IMG/VR virus record: IMGVR_UViG_3300029288_000065
Location: 160,001-224,000 of that record
Length of the DNA: 64,000 bases
Reading direction: 5' to 3' (one strand)
From: a virus
Taxonomy: Duplodnaviria > Caudoviricetes
The translations under genes and the position numbers were made by a program. Shown one piece after another: positions 18,088-28,259 of this stretch (positions within the stretch are counted from its first letter, which is position 1; every line of letters starts with the position of its first letter). Under the pieces are notes generated by a model that saw only the letters and a list, made by a program, of their open reading frames with translations, was not told the origin of the DNA and made no database searches.

Positions 18088-20004
18088 CTAACCAAGAAGC
18101 TTCCGGAAATCCTCCAAAGACACAACAGTGACACCCAAAGAAGCAGCCTTCTGCATCTTACTACTACCACTACCAACATCCTTAGCAACCAAATAATCCA
18201 GACCCTTAGCAACACCAGACTTCTCCTTGGCACCAGCAGCCTGGAATTTGGTAATCTCATCACCCTTCAACCGAACACCAGTAAAACAGACCGACTTCCC
18301 ACTCAGAGGATGACTGGTATTGACCTGAACCTTCTCAGGGAGGGTGATTGTAACATATTTAAGCAATTTCTCGATCTGTGGCTTGGCCTTCTGAATACCA
18401 GCCACAATACCAGGAGCCTTACTCCCTTCCTCACTGAAACCAGCCATATTCCTCAATTGATCAACCGTCACTGCCATAAACTTCTCCAGAGTATCAATCC
18501 CTTGACCCATCATAATCTCAGCTTGACGGCGACCCATGAACTGAATACCCAAGCTACCAATGAAATCGTTTAACTCACAAGACCTGGATTTGTTGATCTC
18601 CACCATAATCTGCTTACTTGCAGTACCAACAATCCCCTGACCCCTCTTGACCTTGTACAGATCTTCTTCCTTGATTGTGTACAGGTCAGCAGGAGTTAAG
18701 ATACTATGGTGGTTGAACAATTCAGCAAGAAGTTCATCGCCAACAAACTTAATCTCCCTTTTGGTAACCCAGTTTTTGAGCCGCTGGAAGGCTTTTCCAT
18801 CGCAGGCGTCATTCTTACAGGTCCAGTGGACTCCTTCCTTAACTAGGTCAGAGTTGCAAACGATACACTTGGTGGGAGGAACAATTGGTTTATTGGTAAT
18901 GTCGATCACCCTATTAACGTGTGGGATGACATCACCAGCACGTTCAACTTCGATTTGGCATCCTTCCGTGAGACCGAGTTCTTTGATATAGTCATAATTG
19001 TTCAGGAGTACATGGGAAATTGTAACACCGCCGACACGGACTGGCTTCAGGACGCCGGTAGGAATCATTGCCCCTGTGTGTCCCTGGGAAACCATGATCC
19101 CTTCAAGGATGGTGATTGCTTTCTGTGATGCAAATTTGACGCATCTTTGCCCCTTTGGCCGCATATCAGAACTCGCTCCGAGTGCAGCCTGGACGAAGAG
19201 ATAATTCGCTCTGACAATTACTCCGTCAATTTCAAAATCAACGAATTCTCGTTCATTCTCAAGATCTTTATAGGCTTTCCAGACTTCTGCTCCGTTGTTG
19301 AATTCTTTATGGTCAACTGTTTGGAATCCCAGTCCTTTGATGAACTCGATTCGTTCCGATTCTGTATCCCATTCTTTCCCGTTGCAGACATCGTAACAGA
19401 TGATATTGAAGTGCTTCTGGAGATCTCCACCTTTCCTGTCTCGGAGGAGTCCCGAGACGGTATTTCGTGGGTTTTGGTATCCCAGTGGTTCGAAGATTTC
19501 TTTAAATTTCTTGACTGCCAGGATGCCTTCGCCACGGATAGAGCCTGTGAAGTTGCTCTTGAGTTTCTTGGGGACGCCAGGGATTTTGAGGACGTTTTCT
19601 GTGATATCCTCTCCCTTGTACCCGTCTCCTCGTGTAACGGCGTTAATTAGTTTGCCGTTTTCGTAGTTGAGAGCTACGGAGTTACCGTCCAGTTTCCATT
19701 GCATGACCAGGATAGGTTTGTTTTCTCCTGTTGCGGAGACAATTCCGTCTACCCATTGGTCGAATTCTTCTCGGTCTTTGAGTTTCTCTTGGGAGCCCAT
19801 TGGGATTTTGTGTTCTACAACTTGTCCGAGTGGGGGCGCTCCGATTTCTTTTAGGACTGTATTTTCGGGGTCCAGGATTCGGAGTTCGTCTACCAGGATA
19901 TCGAAGTCTGAGTCTTGCATGATTGCTGTACCAGTATTATAGTAGGCATCAGATGCTTCTTTGATCTGTTTGGATAGTTGGGCGATGCGTTCTTTCTTTT
20001 CCAT
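18088..20004 (-). CDS. ligA: NAD-dependent DNA ligase
   Basis: AYY...D.DFD, KLDG, TRGDG..GEDIT.N, EIDGVIV, Zn finger CIVC...C...C, HhH motifs, C-terminal BRCT (SVCFTG...SKMQKAASLGV). Confidence 0.97.
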   Translation of the reverse strand: MEKKERIAQLSKQIKEASDAYYNTGTAIMQDSDFDILVDELRILDPENTVLKEIGAPPLGQVVEHKIPMGSQEKLKDREEFDQWVDGIVSATGENKPILVMQWKLDGNSVALNYENGKLINAVTRGDGYKGEDITENVLKIPGVPKKLKSNFTGSIRGEGILAVKKFKEIFEPLGYQNPRNTVSGLLRDRKGGDLQKHFNIICYDVCNGKEWDTESERIEFIKGLGFQTVDHKEFNNGAEVWKAYKDLENEREFVDFEIDGVIVRANYLFVQAALGASSDMRPKGQRCVKFASQKAITILEGIMVSQGHTGAMIPTGVLKPVRVGGVTISHVLLNNYDYIKELGLTEGCQIEVERAGDVIPHVNRVIDITNKPIVPPTKCIVCNSDLVKEGVHWTCKNDACDGKAFQRLKNWVTKREIKFVGDELLAELFNHHSILTPADLYTIKEEDLYKVKRGQGIVGTASKQIMVEINKSRSCELNDFIGSLGIQFMGRRQAEIMMGQGIDTLEKFMAVTVDQLRNMAGFSEEGSKAPGIVAGIQKAKPQIEKLLKYVTITLPEKVQVNTSHPLSGKSVCFTGVRLKGDEITKFQAAGAKEKSGVAKGLDYLVAKDVGSGSSKMQKAASLGVTVVSLEDFRKLLG

Positions 20005-20061
20005 GGTTTCTCCCTTGTTTGTTGTCTTATTGGAAGTATCGTTTGGAAGTCTTTAAGTAAG

Positions 20062-20394
20062 CTATTTCTTTTTGAGTCGTGATATTGGTTCTGAAATTAT
20101 TTTGATAAATTCTGCTGGAGTACATTTGGGATCTTCTAATTCAAATGATACTTTGGGATCCCATTTTGATTTTCCGTTTATATAAGTAACTCGTCTTATA
20201 TGGTCATCAAATATTAATCTACCTATATCCTTCCCTCTCCAGGTTAGTTTCCATACTGTTACGTAATATGGTTTTGCTTCTCTGTTTTCGCTATGATCCC
20301 TAAAGGCAGAGAATCCAAATCCAGGTGGCATTCCTTCGATAATTTCATCCAAGAAATAATCTTTCCATGAGATATCAAGTATCGCTTCACTCAT
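20062..20394 (-). CDS. DP-motif family protein
   Basis: SFELEDPKCTP. Confidence 0.6.
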   Translation of the reverse strand: MSEAILDISWKDYFLDEIIEGMPPGFGFSAFRDHSENREAKPYYVTVWKLTWRGKDIGRLIFDDHIRRVTYINGKSKWDPKVSFELEDPKCTPAEFIKIISEPISRLKKK

Positions 20395-21074
20395 TATGCT
20401 GCACCTTTGTAAACCTCGCGTCTTCCATCATCGCCCGAACGCCACTTAATCTTGATCAGAGTTGCCGACTTCTTACACTCAACTCTGTCTCCAACGATCG
20501 TATCATTTTTATGACGGAGGACTATACCTTCCGTCCATGAAATACTCTTCATCTCCTCAAAAAATTCACTGAATTTTTGACCTTCCTTAGGTCGGATTGG
20601 AAGTCTTACATGATTATTTAGCTTGTTGACAGAGAAGAAAGTTTCTTTCCTCATAAACCAAGGAGTAGTACCCATCCACATATCCTTCCACCAAAGAACA
20701 TCCAAAAGGAACAAAGACTCAGGAATCTCACCAATAGTCCGACGATCCAACCACTCACTATCCAACATAGACAAATCAGGAAGCATCAAATTCTCGACAG
20801 TTTCAACAATCTCCTCCTTGACTGGGATATTAGTAGGACCACCCTTATCAATCCCACGCCGGCTAAGGAAGAAAAGATCCTTATTCTTACCACGTGCCCA
20901 ACTCAGATTTCCACCAGGATAGGACTTGATAATCCCCTGCGAAGCATCCCTACAAATCAGAGTACGCCAACCATCAACTTTGGAAGTACAATCCCATAGA
21001 TTTAGTTCCCCATCCATCTTGGGGAAGACCTGACGGAACATTTCGAGAGGCTTCATGGGAAATCGCAGAATCAT
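20394..21074 (-). CDS. ATP-dependent ligase-type nucleotidyltransferase domain (no OB domain)
   Basis: KVDGWR (I), SRRG (Ia), LDSEW (III), FLLDVL (IIIa), EGIVL (IV), KIK (V). Confidence 0.75.
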   Translation of the reverse strand: MILRFPMKPLEMFRQVFPKMDGELNLWDCTSKVDGWRTLICRDASQGIIKSYPGGNLSWARGKNKDLFFLSRRGIDKGGPTNIPVKEEIVETVENLMLPDLSMLDSEWLDRRTIGEIPESLFLLDVLWWKDMWMGTTPWFMRKETFFSVNKLNNHVRLPIRPKEGQKFSEFFEEMKSISWTEGIVLRHKNDTIVGDRVECKKSATLIKIKWRSGDDGRREVYKGAA

Positions 21075-21084
21075 GTCTTTCTCC

Positions 21085-21357
21085 TTACCACTCGTTGAAT
21101 TGTTTCAAGCCACCAAACTTTTTGAAAATCGGTGGTAGCTCCAAACCCAACTCTCTATCCATATCACCAGGCTGTAGATCAGGAGCTCTCTCGATAAATC
21201 TTTCCATTGTATTCAAAAGAATACGAAATTCTTCCTTTGTAAGATTCACGACCGTCACATCAGATTGGTTACACCCCAATTCTGATGCAGTTACACCTGC
21301 AATCTCATATTTGGAACTCTTACCCAACTTGTTTGACAGGACTATGACTCTTTTCAC
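21085..21357 (-). CDS. hypothetical protein
   Basis: GAGG RBS, GTG start. Confidence 0.55.
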   Translation of the reverse strand: MKRVIVLSNKLGKSSKYEIAGVTASELGCNQSDVTVVNLTKEEFRILLNTMERFIERAPDLQPGDMDRELGLELPPIFKKFGGLKQFNEW

Positions 21358-22066
21358 TGTTCACCTCAAGTAATTTCTTGGTCATGTCATCATATTGCTG
21401 AGCAAACTCTCTTGCTTGTGCAAGAGACATATTTCGTGGACAATATGCCCGAGGATTACCGTATTTCTTATCAATGGTCCCTGGAATTGCCTGTAATCCT
21501 GTCACCAACTTTAACCATTGTTCATCTGCCCAAGGCGGAGTCCAGGAAGGCGATCTACAAATGAATACTACGTCATATTCACTCTTCGGAGGAAGACCGT
21601 AATGTACTTCGCATTTCTTTGAACCTTCCTCTTCGTGTCCTTTTCGCCATTCTGGGTAGTATAATTTGTATTTAGAGATAATTTTCTTCTTGACACCATG
21701 GTAGGCCCAGTTACTGCAGTCCAGGACTTTGGTTTGTTGGTAACCATAGTCGTGGTGAGCGTCTAAGTTGATTAGTTCGATTCCTCGTAGTTCTCTAAGT
21801 AGTCCGTAGATGTCTCGGTGTGATTCTGTTACGCAGATATGCATTGGTCGTGGTTTTACCACTTTATTCCAGAAAGTCTTTATTACTTCTGGATCTGGGT
21901 TGAAGATTTCACAGGCGTTGTTTTTGCCGTTTCTGTCTTTGGTGTTGGTTCTGGTTACCCAGATTAGTTCGTAGAATAATTCTCTGTCTTCGTGACTTCC
22001 CCAATCATACCAGGTTGGATCTGGGAAGAACCAATCCCAATCTACACTAAGGACTTTGATTGGCAT
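21320..22066 (-). CDS. arginase/deacetylase-fold (UPF0489-like) metallohydrolase
   Basis: SVDWDWF, ESH, NLDAHHD, CSNW. Confidence 0.65.
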   Translation of the reverse strand: MPIKVLSVDWDWFFPDPTWYDWGSHEDRELFYELIWVTRTNTKDRNGKNNACEIFNPDPEVIKTFWNKVVKPRPMHICVTESHRDIYGLLRELRGIELINLDAHHDYGYQQTKVLDCSNWAYHGVKKKIISKYKLYYPEWRKGHEEEGSKKCEVHYGLPPKSEYDVVFICRSPSWTPPWADEQWLKLVTGLQAIPGTIDKKYGNPRAYCPRNMSLAQAREFAQQYDDMTKKLLEVNSEKSHSPVKQVG

Positions 22067-22985
22067 GTTTCACCTTTTGTTTGAAGCTCTTTTCTGCGTC
22101 TGATAATGCTTGCTTTTTGGTAAGCAAGTTTTCTAACTCTTTGTTGTGTTCTTTCAATTCTTCTTGAGCATTCTTTATAGCTTCTTCATCGTCTTTAATA
22201 TCTCTTTCTGTATTGTCAACGTTCCATTGGTTTGACTTTTTGATTCGTTTGAAGATTAGGGATGCAAATTGTTCGAAACATTTTGGATCAGAAATATGGA
22301 TATCTACATTATCGAATTGTATTAAGTCATTTACCTGTTGGATATCATCAGAGATTTCATCTGTTGTCCAAGGGCTATTCAAGACTAAAGTGTATCCATA
22401 TGTTTTACATCCATCAGTAGACCCAATATTTCCATTTCTTAATCCGATCTTGACTTCTGGTATTAGTTTGGATACCTCTTCCATGAAGTCTTTTATAATG
22501 TTTCCTTCTGTCGTTGGTACTCTTTTCTTGGCTTCTTCTATTACTTTTTCAATCTCTTCCCATGGGAAAATTAGTTTCGATGTTTTTCGTCCTTCATCTT
22601 CACCATAACTATTATATCTGAAATCAAAGAAATTTATGATCAGTTTCCAGGTGTTGGTTGGCGGATTTTCTTTATCATGATAATGATAAACATCTTTCGC
22701 TACCCTAATTCGTACAAGTCGTGGAAGGTTAATTCTAAACTCTATTTCTTTCCATATTTCTCTTTTATCACCCCATGTTTCATAACTTAATCGTTCGACG
22801 GTTATTCTTCCACCAAATCGATCATAAATTATCTTTACGATTTCTTTACCCCGTTTATCAATTTCTTTACTGATTTGTTCTCTAATTGGTTGGTCTAAAT
22901 CGTAATTCTTACTCTTCTGATCGGGATCTTTTGTATAAGCTGTCATCTTGGGGAACGGTTTATCCAGGATTTCATCAATGGTCAT
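22047..22985 (-). CDS. DP-motif family protein with C-terminal coiled coil
   Basis: DIHISDPKCFEQF. Confidence 0.6.
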   Translation of the reverse strand: MTIDEILDKPFPKMTAYTKDPDQKSKNYDLDQPIREQISKEIDKRGKEIVKIIYDRFGGRITVERLSYETWGDKREIWKEIEFRINLPRLVRIRVAKDVYHYHDKENPPTNTWKLIINFFDFRYNSYGEDEGRKTSKLIFPWEEIEKVIEEAKKRVPTTEGNIIKDFMEEVSKLIPEVKIGLRNGNIGSTDGCKTYGYTLVLNSPWTTDEISDDIQQVNDLIQFDNVDIHISDPKCFEQFASLIFKRIKKSNQWNVDNTERDIKDDEEAIKNAQEELKEHNKELENLLTKKQALSDAEKSFKQKVKHANQSP

Positions 22986-23002
22986 GTTTTCTCCTACGTA
23001 TA

Positions 23003-23027
23003 GGGCGGGGGAAACTATCCCCCGCCC
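23003..23027. terminator. GC-rich intergenic hairpin
   Basis: GGGCGGGGGA/TCCCCCGCCC 10-bp stem; no U tract on the minus strand. Confidence 0.5.
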
Positions 23028-23224
23028 GTCTTTCCTTTCTATACCAAGAACAATCCACGTCGTGCTTTTCTATCCACAATATTTAGTGGAGAAGGAGGCA
23101 CAATACAGGGACGAAACTTGGATTTCTCAACCTTATCTTTCTCATATTCCCTGGCCTTCTGAGCGACTTTGGAAATCCCAAAATCTCTCTGGAAAATCAT
23201 CATGGTTTGCCTTTCTTCAAAGGT

Positions 23225-23899
23225 TTAAGCTACGAAATGAGGAGTCTGGGGTTTGATAACACCATCGTCAACCAGCTTCCGGTAAACCTGCGCCAGCTTC
23301 GGATCCAGCATCTGGTTGGCATGCAGGAAATTCGTCGGCTTGAGATTCTGAGCAACCTCGAAAATCTCAGTCCACGAATCAGCCTTGCCAGTAGCCTCGT
23401 CCGCAGCCTTCATCAGCAACGGAAGCAACGTCTCAATAAGCTTGAGACCCTTCTCCGTCAGAGTGATCTCAGTGTCAGTAATGACGCACTTATCGTACGC
23501 AGCCGCAGCCGCTTCCTTCCCGTAGACCGCTTCGAAAGCAGCCTTGATCTCATCTTCCTTGTCCACGCCGATCTTACTGTACTTCTCGACCTGGACGAAG
23601 GTGATGGGGCCTTCTTCACCGGCCTTGACCTTGACACTGGGGTGGAACTTGCCGGCTTCCTGACAGTGTTTGGTCTTGACATCGATACAAGCGGGTCGGA
23701 GGACAGCTTCAGCCTGCTTACGCAGGGATTCGGCGGTCTTTTCGACTTGCTTCTGTTCGATGATGGTCTTGATTGCAGAAACGATTTCGGGGGACTGTGG
23801 GAGTTCCAGAACCGGTGCCGCGTCCTTCTTGGGAGCGGGAGGGGCTGCCTTGGCAGCACTCTTCAGTAGACTTGCGACGTTCGCCTTCGCCATTGTCAT
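23225..23899 (-). CDS. hypothetical protein (GC-rich backbone gene)
   Basis: AAGGAG RBS, long ORF. Confidence 0.75.
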   Translation of the reverse strand: MTMAKANVASLLKSAAKAAPPAPKKDAAPVLELPQSPEIVSAIKTIIEQKQVEKTAESLRKQAEAVLRPACIDVKTKHCQEAGKFHPSVKVKAGEEGPITFVQVEKYSKIGVDKEDEIKAAFEAVYGKEAAAAAYDKCVITDTEITLTEKGLKLIETLLPLLMKAADEATGKADSWTEIFEVAQNLKPTNFLHANQMLDPKLAQVYRKLVDDGVIKPQTPHFVA

Positions 23900-24273
23900 G
23901 TCTCCTTTTGGTTTTCGTCTTTTTGAGTGATATCGTTTGCTGAGGTCTCTGTCAACATCTGTTTCGCTTCTCGGAGTACATCATCATAATTTAATATATC
24001 AAATTTCTTTCCCTTCCATATTAGGGTATCATTCTCCAATGTAATAACCCTGGATACACTGGTAGTAACTCTACCTACTACATGTTGCATACACTCACAG
24101 AAGAATCTTACTTTCACCTCCTCTTTTGGGTTTGCGAGTTCCTTACTCCTAATCTTGAGTGAGATATTCATTACATAAGTTGCTTCCATGAAATGAGTTT
24201 GTTTGATGGTAATTCCTGCTGAGGCAGATCTTTCCTCTCTTTCAGTCATCACTGTCTGCCTTTGTACAACCAC
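23896..24273 (-). CDS. ELANP-subtype DP-motif protein (start uncertain)
   Basis: RSKELANPKEEVKV. Confidence 0.55.
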   Translation of the reverse strand: MVVQRQTVMTEREERSASAGITIKQTHFMEATYVMNISLKIRSKELANPKEEVKVRFFCECMQHVVGRVTTSVSRVITLENDTLIWKGKKFDILNYDDVLREAKQMLTETSANDITQKDENQKET

Positions 24274-24446
24274 CAGAAACCTTCTCCCACCTACCCAATC
24301 TTCCTTCGTCTGGTTTGAACTGCTCTACCGTGACTCCACCACCGATACGGCACAACCATACCCGAATGGTTCCAGTATCAACCTTACAACTACAACATTG
24401 TCCTTGAAATAATGTTGGGAGATCCTTCAGTGCTTTCGCATCCCAT

Positions 24447-25601
24447 TTAGCCATTTGGCGTCCCTTTCTCAGCATTTGACGCAATCATAAAGTGCTCAAA
24501 CGTCGGGAATTCTTCACAGCTACCTTCAAGATCATATTCCTGAGAAACCAGATCACCGATATACCCCTGAAAGCGACGACTCGCCTCAGGATTCAGAATA
24601 TGGGTTGCCAACTCGGTGGTGAAATTCTGGATCGTATAAACCGTTGCCTTAGTCGGCAATGTCCGCATCCTCTTCTTGCTGATAGCGTCCAACTGAACCA
24701 CGCCATAAATTTCTTTAATATCACCACTTCGCTTGTAAAGATCAGCCAGGACTGCATTCCTCATATCGTCCTTTTCTGGCTTGGTATTCCCACAGATTTC
24801 TTTCATCATATCAGATTTGAAGTCATTCAGATTCAGCTTCCAGATGAATTGGGCCAGTCTAACAACCTCATTCACGGAGGCCCATGACTTCTGAGCCGAC
24901 TCAATTCTATTCCTAAGAGCAACAAAACCATCCTCATTACTATAACTCTCCAAAATCCGTTGGAGAGTCCCACCAATCTGGGTATCCCCAATGTTGATCC
25001 CGCTGTGGAATGCCTTACTGTAGGCAACCAGACCATTCTTACAGGCTTGTCGGAGAAGAGAGAGATATACTGACGGTTTTCCATAGCCGTCGATTGGGGC
25101 TTCCAGAGTTAGGCGCGGCTTGTGATCATCTTCACCGATCTTGAAAAGGACATCACTCCGTGGAGGGTGACGACTTACGATTACCCCACTTCGATACTCT
25201 ACGCCACGGGTATCCAAATTATTGAGCGTTGTGATTAGAGTCGTGCAGTCCAGGATATTCTTGTCAGGACCAGATACTCCAAGTAGGGTTGGCTTGAACG
25301 TCTTGGAGTCCTCTTGTTCTGATGGGGTTGTTTGGATTGCCACTCGAATATTGTCGTTCGGTACAGCGGCAGTGATCCTTGCGAATACTTCTGCATGGGT
25401 GAAGTATCGGAAGATTGATGGGCCGAATCCGAATCGGCTGCAGAGACTATCCCAGAATCTCTGGGATGGTTCGCAATATTGGCTGTCAATCTGGACGGAA
25501 GTTACTTCTTGTCTGCCTTTCTCGTCCTTTTCGACATTGACTTTGAAATCCTGGATGGACTTGATCTTGTAGTCGATCGCAGGAATCGTGACTTGTGCCA
25601 T
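24447..25601 (-). CDS. DUF932-like protein
   Basis: LLRQACKNG resembles the RxxCxNG motif; GGAGG RBS. Confidence 0.55.
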   Translation of the reverse strand: MAQVTIPAIDYKIKSIQDFKVNVEKDEKGRQEVTSVQIDSQYCEPSQRFWDSLCSRFGFGPSIFRYFTHAEVFARITAAVPNDNIRVAIQTTPSEQEDSKTFKPTLLGVSGPDKNILDCTTLITTLNNLDTRGVEYRSGVIVSRHPPRSDVLFKIGEDDHKPRLTLEAPIDGYGKPSVYLSLLRQACKNGLVAYSKAFHSGINIGDTQIGGTLQRILESYSNEDGFVALRNRIESAQKSWASVNEVVRLAQFIWKLNLNDFKSDMMKEICGNTKPEKDDMRNAVLADLYKRSGDIKEIYGVVQLDAISKKRMRTLPTKATVYTIQNFTTELATHILNPEASRRFQGYIGDLVSQEYDLEGSCEEFPTFEHFMIASNAEKGTPNG

Positions 25602-25604
25602 TGT

Positions 25605-26768
25605 TTACCCTCCAAATCCAGAAAGCCTTGTGGACATATTCTTCTTCACCATTACCCCTTGTCTCTTTGTATACCGGATCGTATTTCCATTCCCTTCCAG
25701 AACCTTCGGTAACATTACTGGTTTGGGTAGAATATTCCGAATTACCACACTGGAAATTAACTCTATCTGATGGCCTCCTTTGATGGAGCGCCATTCCGTG
25801 TTATCCCAGATATATTGTTCTCTTGGCTTGGCTGTTTTGGCATAGGGATATGGGGTTTTGTCAGATTGTACGATTCTTGCTACTTTGGTCGGGTCTGCTG
25901 GATTCTTTCTTAGGACTCGACCTGACATCTGCATTGTTGGCAACTTCCCACTATCCCTTACCCAGACTGTCTGTAGATCTGGAGCATCAAATCCTTCGGT
26001 CAAGAGGTAAACATTGACGAGTGCTTTGAGTGCCCCCTCTTCGAACCTTGTATAAATATCGTCTTTTTGGGTTTGGGACAAGTTACCAAGAATTACTTCA
26101 CATTGCAGTCCTTTGTCTGCGACGTGTTTCTTGAATTCATAGCATTGGTCTGCGTTTTTGAAGTAGAAGATTGATTTCCCCCATTCGTCTGGTTTTTCCA
26201 GGTATCGTTGGGCGACGAAGTAGGGCGTCCATTCCGGGACTACGTATTGGTCGAAGTTGGCAAGATATCCTTGTTCGATTAGGAATCTGACACCACAGTC
26301 CGAAATTATTTTCTCGAATGCCAGTTTGATTTTGTCTGTTCGGAATGGTGTGGCTGTTAGTCCTAGGAAGTATAGTGCTTTCATATTATGGTGGAGTGCC
26401 AGGCACGTGTCGGCTGCGTCGTGTTGTGCTTCGTCGGTGATCATGAATTCCGCTTGGGGCGGGTTCTTGTCGAACATTGAAATAAATTTAATATTCTTAA
26501 CACCAATACGCTCATTTTCTTTCTTTGCCTGGTCTAGAAGTTTGCGGCGCATTGCCACCCAGTTTATTCGTATATTTAGTTCATCCTCCAGGAATTTACA
26601 TATAATAAGTCCCATAGAGCTTTTCCCTGATCCTGTTGGGCTTTCGATTAGAACTGATTTATTTATTTGGAATGCATCAAGTGCTTTTCCGATGATTCTA
26701 ATTTGATATTCTCTTGGTTCCAGGGTTGTGTTTTCTCTGATGAAGTTAAGAATTTTGTCTTGGTTCAT
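25605..26768 (-). CDS. superfamily 2 (DExH) helicase
   Basis: PREYQ, PTGSGKS, DEAQH, LTATP, LTEGFD, QMSGRVLR. Confidence 0.92.
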   Translation of the reverse strand: MNQDKILNFIRENTTLEPREYQIRIIGKALDAFQINKSVLIESPTGSGKSSMGLIICKFLEDELNIRINWVAMRRKLLDQAKKENERIGVKNIKFISMFDKNPPQAEFMITDEAQHDAADTCLALHHNMKALYFLGLTATPFRTDKIKLAFEKIISDCGVRFLIEQGYLANFDQYVVPEWTPYFVAQRYLEKPDEWGKSIFYFKNADQCYEFKKHVADKGLQCEVILGNLSQTQKDDIYTRFEEGALKALVNVYLLTEGFDAPDLQTVWVRDSGKLPTMQMSGRVLRKNPADPTKVARIVQSDKTPYPYAKTAKPREQYIWDNTEWRSIKGGHQIELISSVVIRNILPKPVMLPKVLEGNGNTIRYTKRQGVMVKKNMSTRLSGFGG

Positions 26769-27363
26769 TTTCTTCCTCCTTCTGGTGTGGACAATATCCG
26801 AATAAACCAATCGAGTAATTGCAATTTATACAAAGAACTCTGAAACCATCTGGCCATTTTTTGTTTCTAAGCCATCTATAAATTCCACCACTTCCACCTC
26901 CTATTTCTTTCCTGTGTACATTTCCTCCTCCATTCATATGATCAATCGTAAGGAATTCTAAATGGCATTCACCGCAACATGCACATTTGGGAGGAATACC
27001 ACCATATTTTTCTAATGCGTTCTTCTTATCACGGATATTCCTCTTTTTCCTAGCTTCACAATATATGGGTTTCATACACTTTTTACAGATATTATGTCTT
27101 GTTTCGGTTTGTGAATCTTTTTTGAAGAATTCTTTAATGGGCAATAACAATTTGCATTTTTTACAAATAATCTTATTTTTCTGTTTTTTACTCTTTTTCA
27201 AGCAACCACAACTCCGGATGCCACCTAATTGTGTTAAATGGTGACTTCTACATGTTGTTATCACACCACAATCGCAACGACATTTCCAAAGGGCTGTTTT
27301 ACCCTTTGACCCTGCGCGGCAAAGGACAAACAATTTTCCGAATCTTTGTCTTGTCAGATCCAT
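26746..27363 (-). CDS. HNH homing-type endonuclease with N-terminal CxCDCG domain
   Basis: DLT.QRFGKL.V...WKCRCDCG...SCGC; CACCGE..FLTIDH.N...LCINCN. Confidence 0.85.
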   Translation of the reverse strand: MDLTRQRFGKLFVLCRAGSKGKTALWKCRCDCGVITTCRSHHLTQLGGIRSCGCLKKSKKQKNKIICKKCKLLLPIKEFFKKDSQTETRHNICKKCMKPIYCEARKKRNIRDKKNALEKYGGIPPKCACCGECHLEFLTIDHMNGGGNVHRKEIGGGSGGIYRWLRNKKWPDGFRVLCINCNYSIGLFGYCPHQKEEENEPRQNS

Positions 27364-27371
27364 GGTTTTCT

Positions 27372-27417
27372 CCTACGGTAAATGGTATGACACCCATTGC
27401 CTACCATCTACCGTAGG
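27372..27417 (-). promoter_or_regulatory. RBS-occluding hairpin of HNH gene
   Basis: 16-bp stem whose 3' arm contains the AGG of the AGGAG RBS. Confidence 0.6.
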
Positions 27418-27463
27418 TTTGCCTTTCTACTTGTTGATATCGTGGTGAGACGCGGCATAAAAG

Positions 27464-27700
27464 CTAGCAGGTGATCGAATTCGTCCCGTTACTACAAAAG
27501 TAGCCACCTACTGGTGATACCGGTCCCCAAATCTCCGGAGGGATTGGTAATTCTCTGTTTCTTTTGATGTCCCATACTCGTACTTCTTCGGTCTTATAAA
27601 ATTTCTTGACGGCATCTACCTGGGCTAGTGCTAGTCCAGGTAGTGTTGCGGTTACTTTGTCTTCCCAGCCAGATTCTGTTTTGATCTGGATCTCGTACAT
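27464..27700 (-). CDS. hypothetical protein
   Basis: tiling. Confidence 0.55.
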   Translation of the reverse strand: MYEIQIKTESGWEDKVTATLPGLALAQVDAVKKFYKTEEVRVWDIKRNRELPIPPEIWGPVSPVGGYFCSNGTNSITC

Positions 27701-27704
27701 TTTA

Positions 27705-27917
27705 TTACCCTTGTTTGGGAGGTGATGTTCTCAACAATAATGACATTGGAATCCAACGGAATTCCCCTGCAACATTTGCCATAAGGAATTCCGTCCTGGT
27801 CTTACCATCATCAAGATCAATAACTGAGGTGTCGAAAACTGGATAATGACCATTCTCCTTGAAGCCGTCTGGGATTTGTACACCTTTCTTAAAGTGTACG
27901 AAAAGTTGACCCGTCAT
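27705..27917 (-). CDS. hypothetical protein
   Basis: AAGGAG RBS, ATGA overlap. Confidence 0.6.
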   Translation of the reverse strand: MTGQLFVHFKKGVQIPDGFKENGHYPVFDTSVIDLDDGKTRTEFLMANVAGEFRWIPMSLLLRTSPPKQG

Positions 27918-28237
27918 GCGCTCTCCTTGATTACCATCGGGTGCTTACTGGCCCCGCGAACAATACCACAAAACTTTGTGGTATAAATCCCAAGCTCGTC
28001 AAACAACTTTGCTGTTTTGGATGTCCTGACCAGGATAGGAATCCTCTGCTGTTCTCGGATTTGCCTCATTAGGAAAGCATCGGGACGCTCGTTAGTCTGA
28101 ACTCCCTTCAGATCCAGACGAGTAATTTCGTCCCATATATATTCAAAGGATTCCTTGTCTACCACCAGCGAGGTGATTGGCTCTTCTTCAGTTGGCTCCG
28201 AAACCAGGTGGGAGGTGATAGATTCAAGCTTCAGCAT
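27914..28237 (-). CDS. hypothetical protein
   Basis: AAGGAG RBS. Confidence 0.6.
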   Translation of the reverse strand: MLKLESITSHLVSEPTEEEPITSLVVDKESFEYIWDEITRLDLKGVQTNERPDAFLMRQIREQQRIPILVRTSKTAKLFDELGIYTTKFCGIVRGASKHPMVIKESA

Positions 28238-28259
28238 GTGATTCTCCTTGGCACGTCAT

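Noticed and set aside
18075-18263. Hydrophobic alternative-frame ORF over the ligA 3' end (likewise 7321-7609 over the radical SAM gene)
   Set aside because: It is a by-product of G/T-only (or A/C-only) third codon positions in the real gene.
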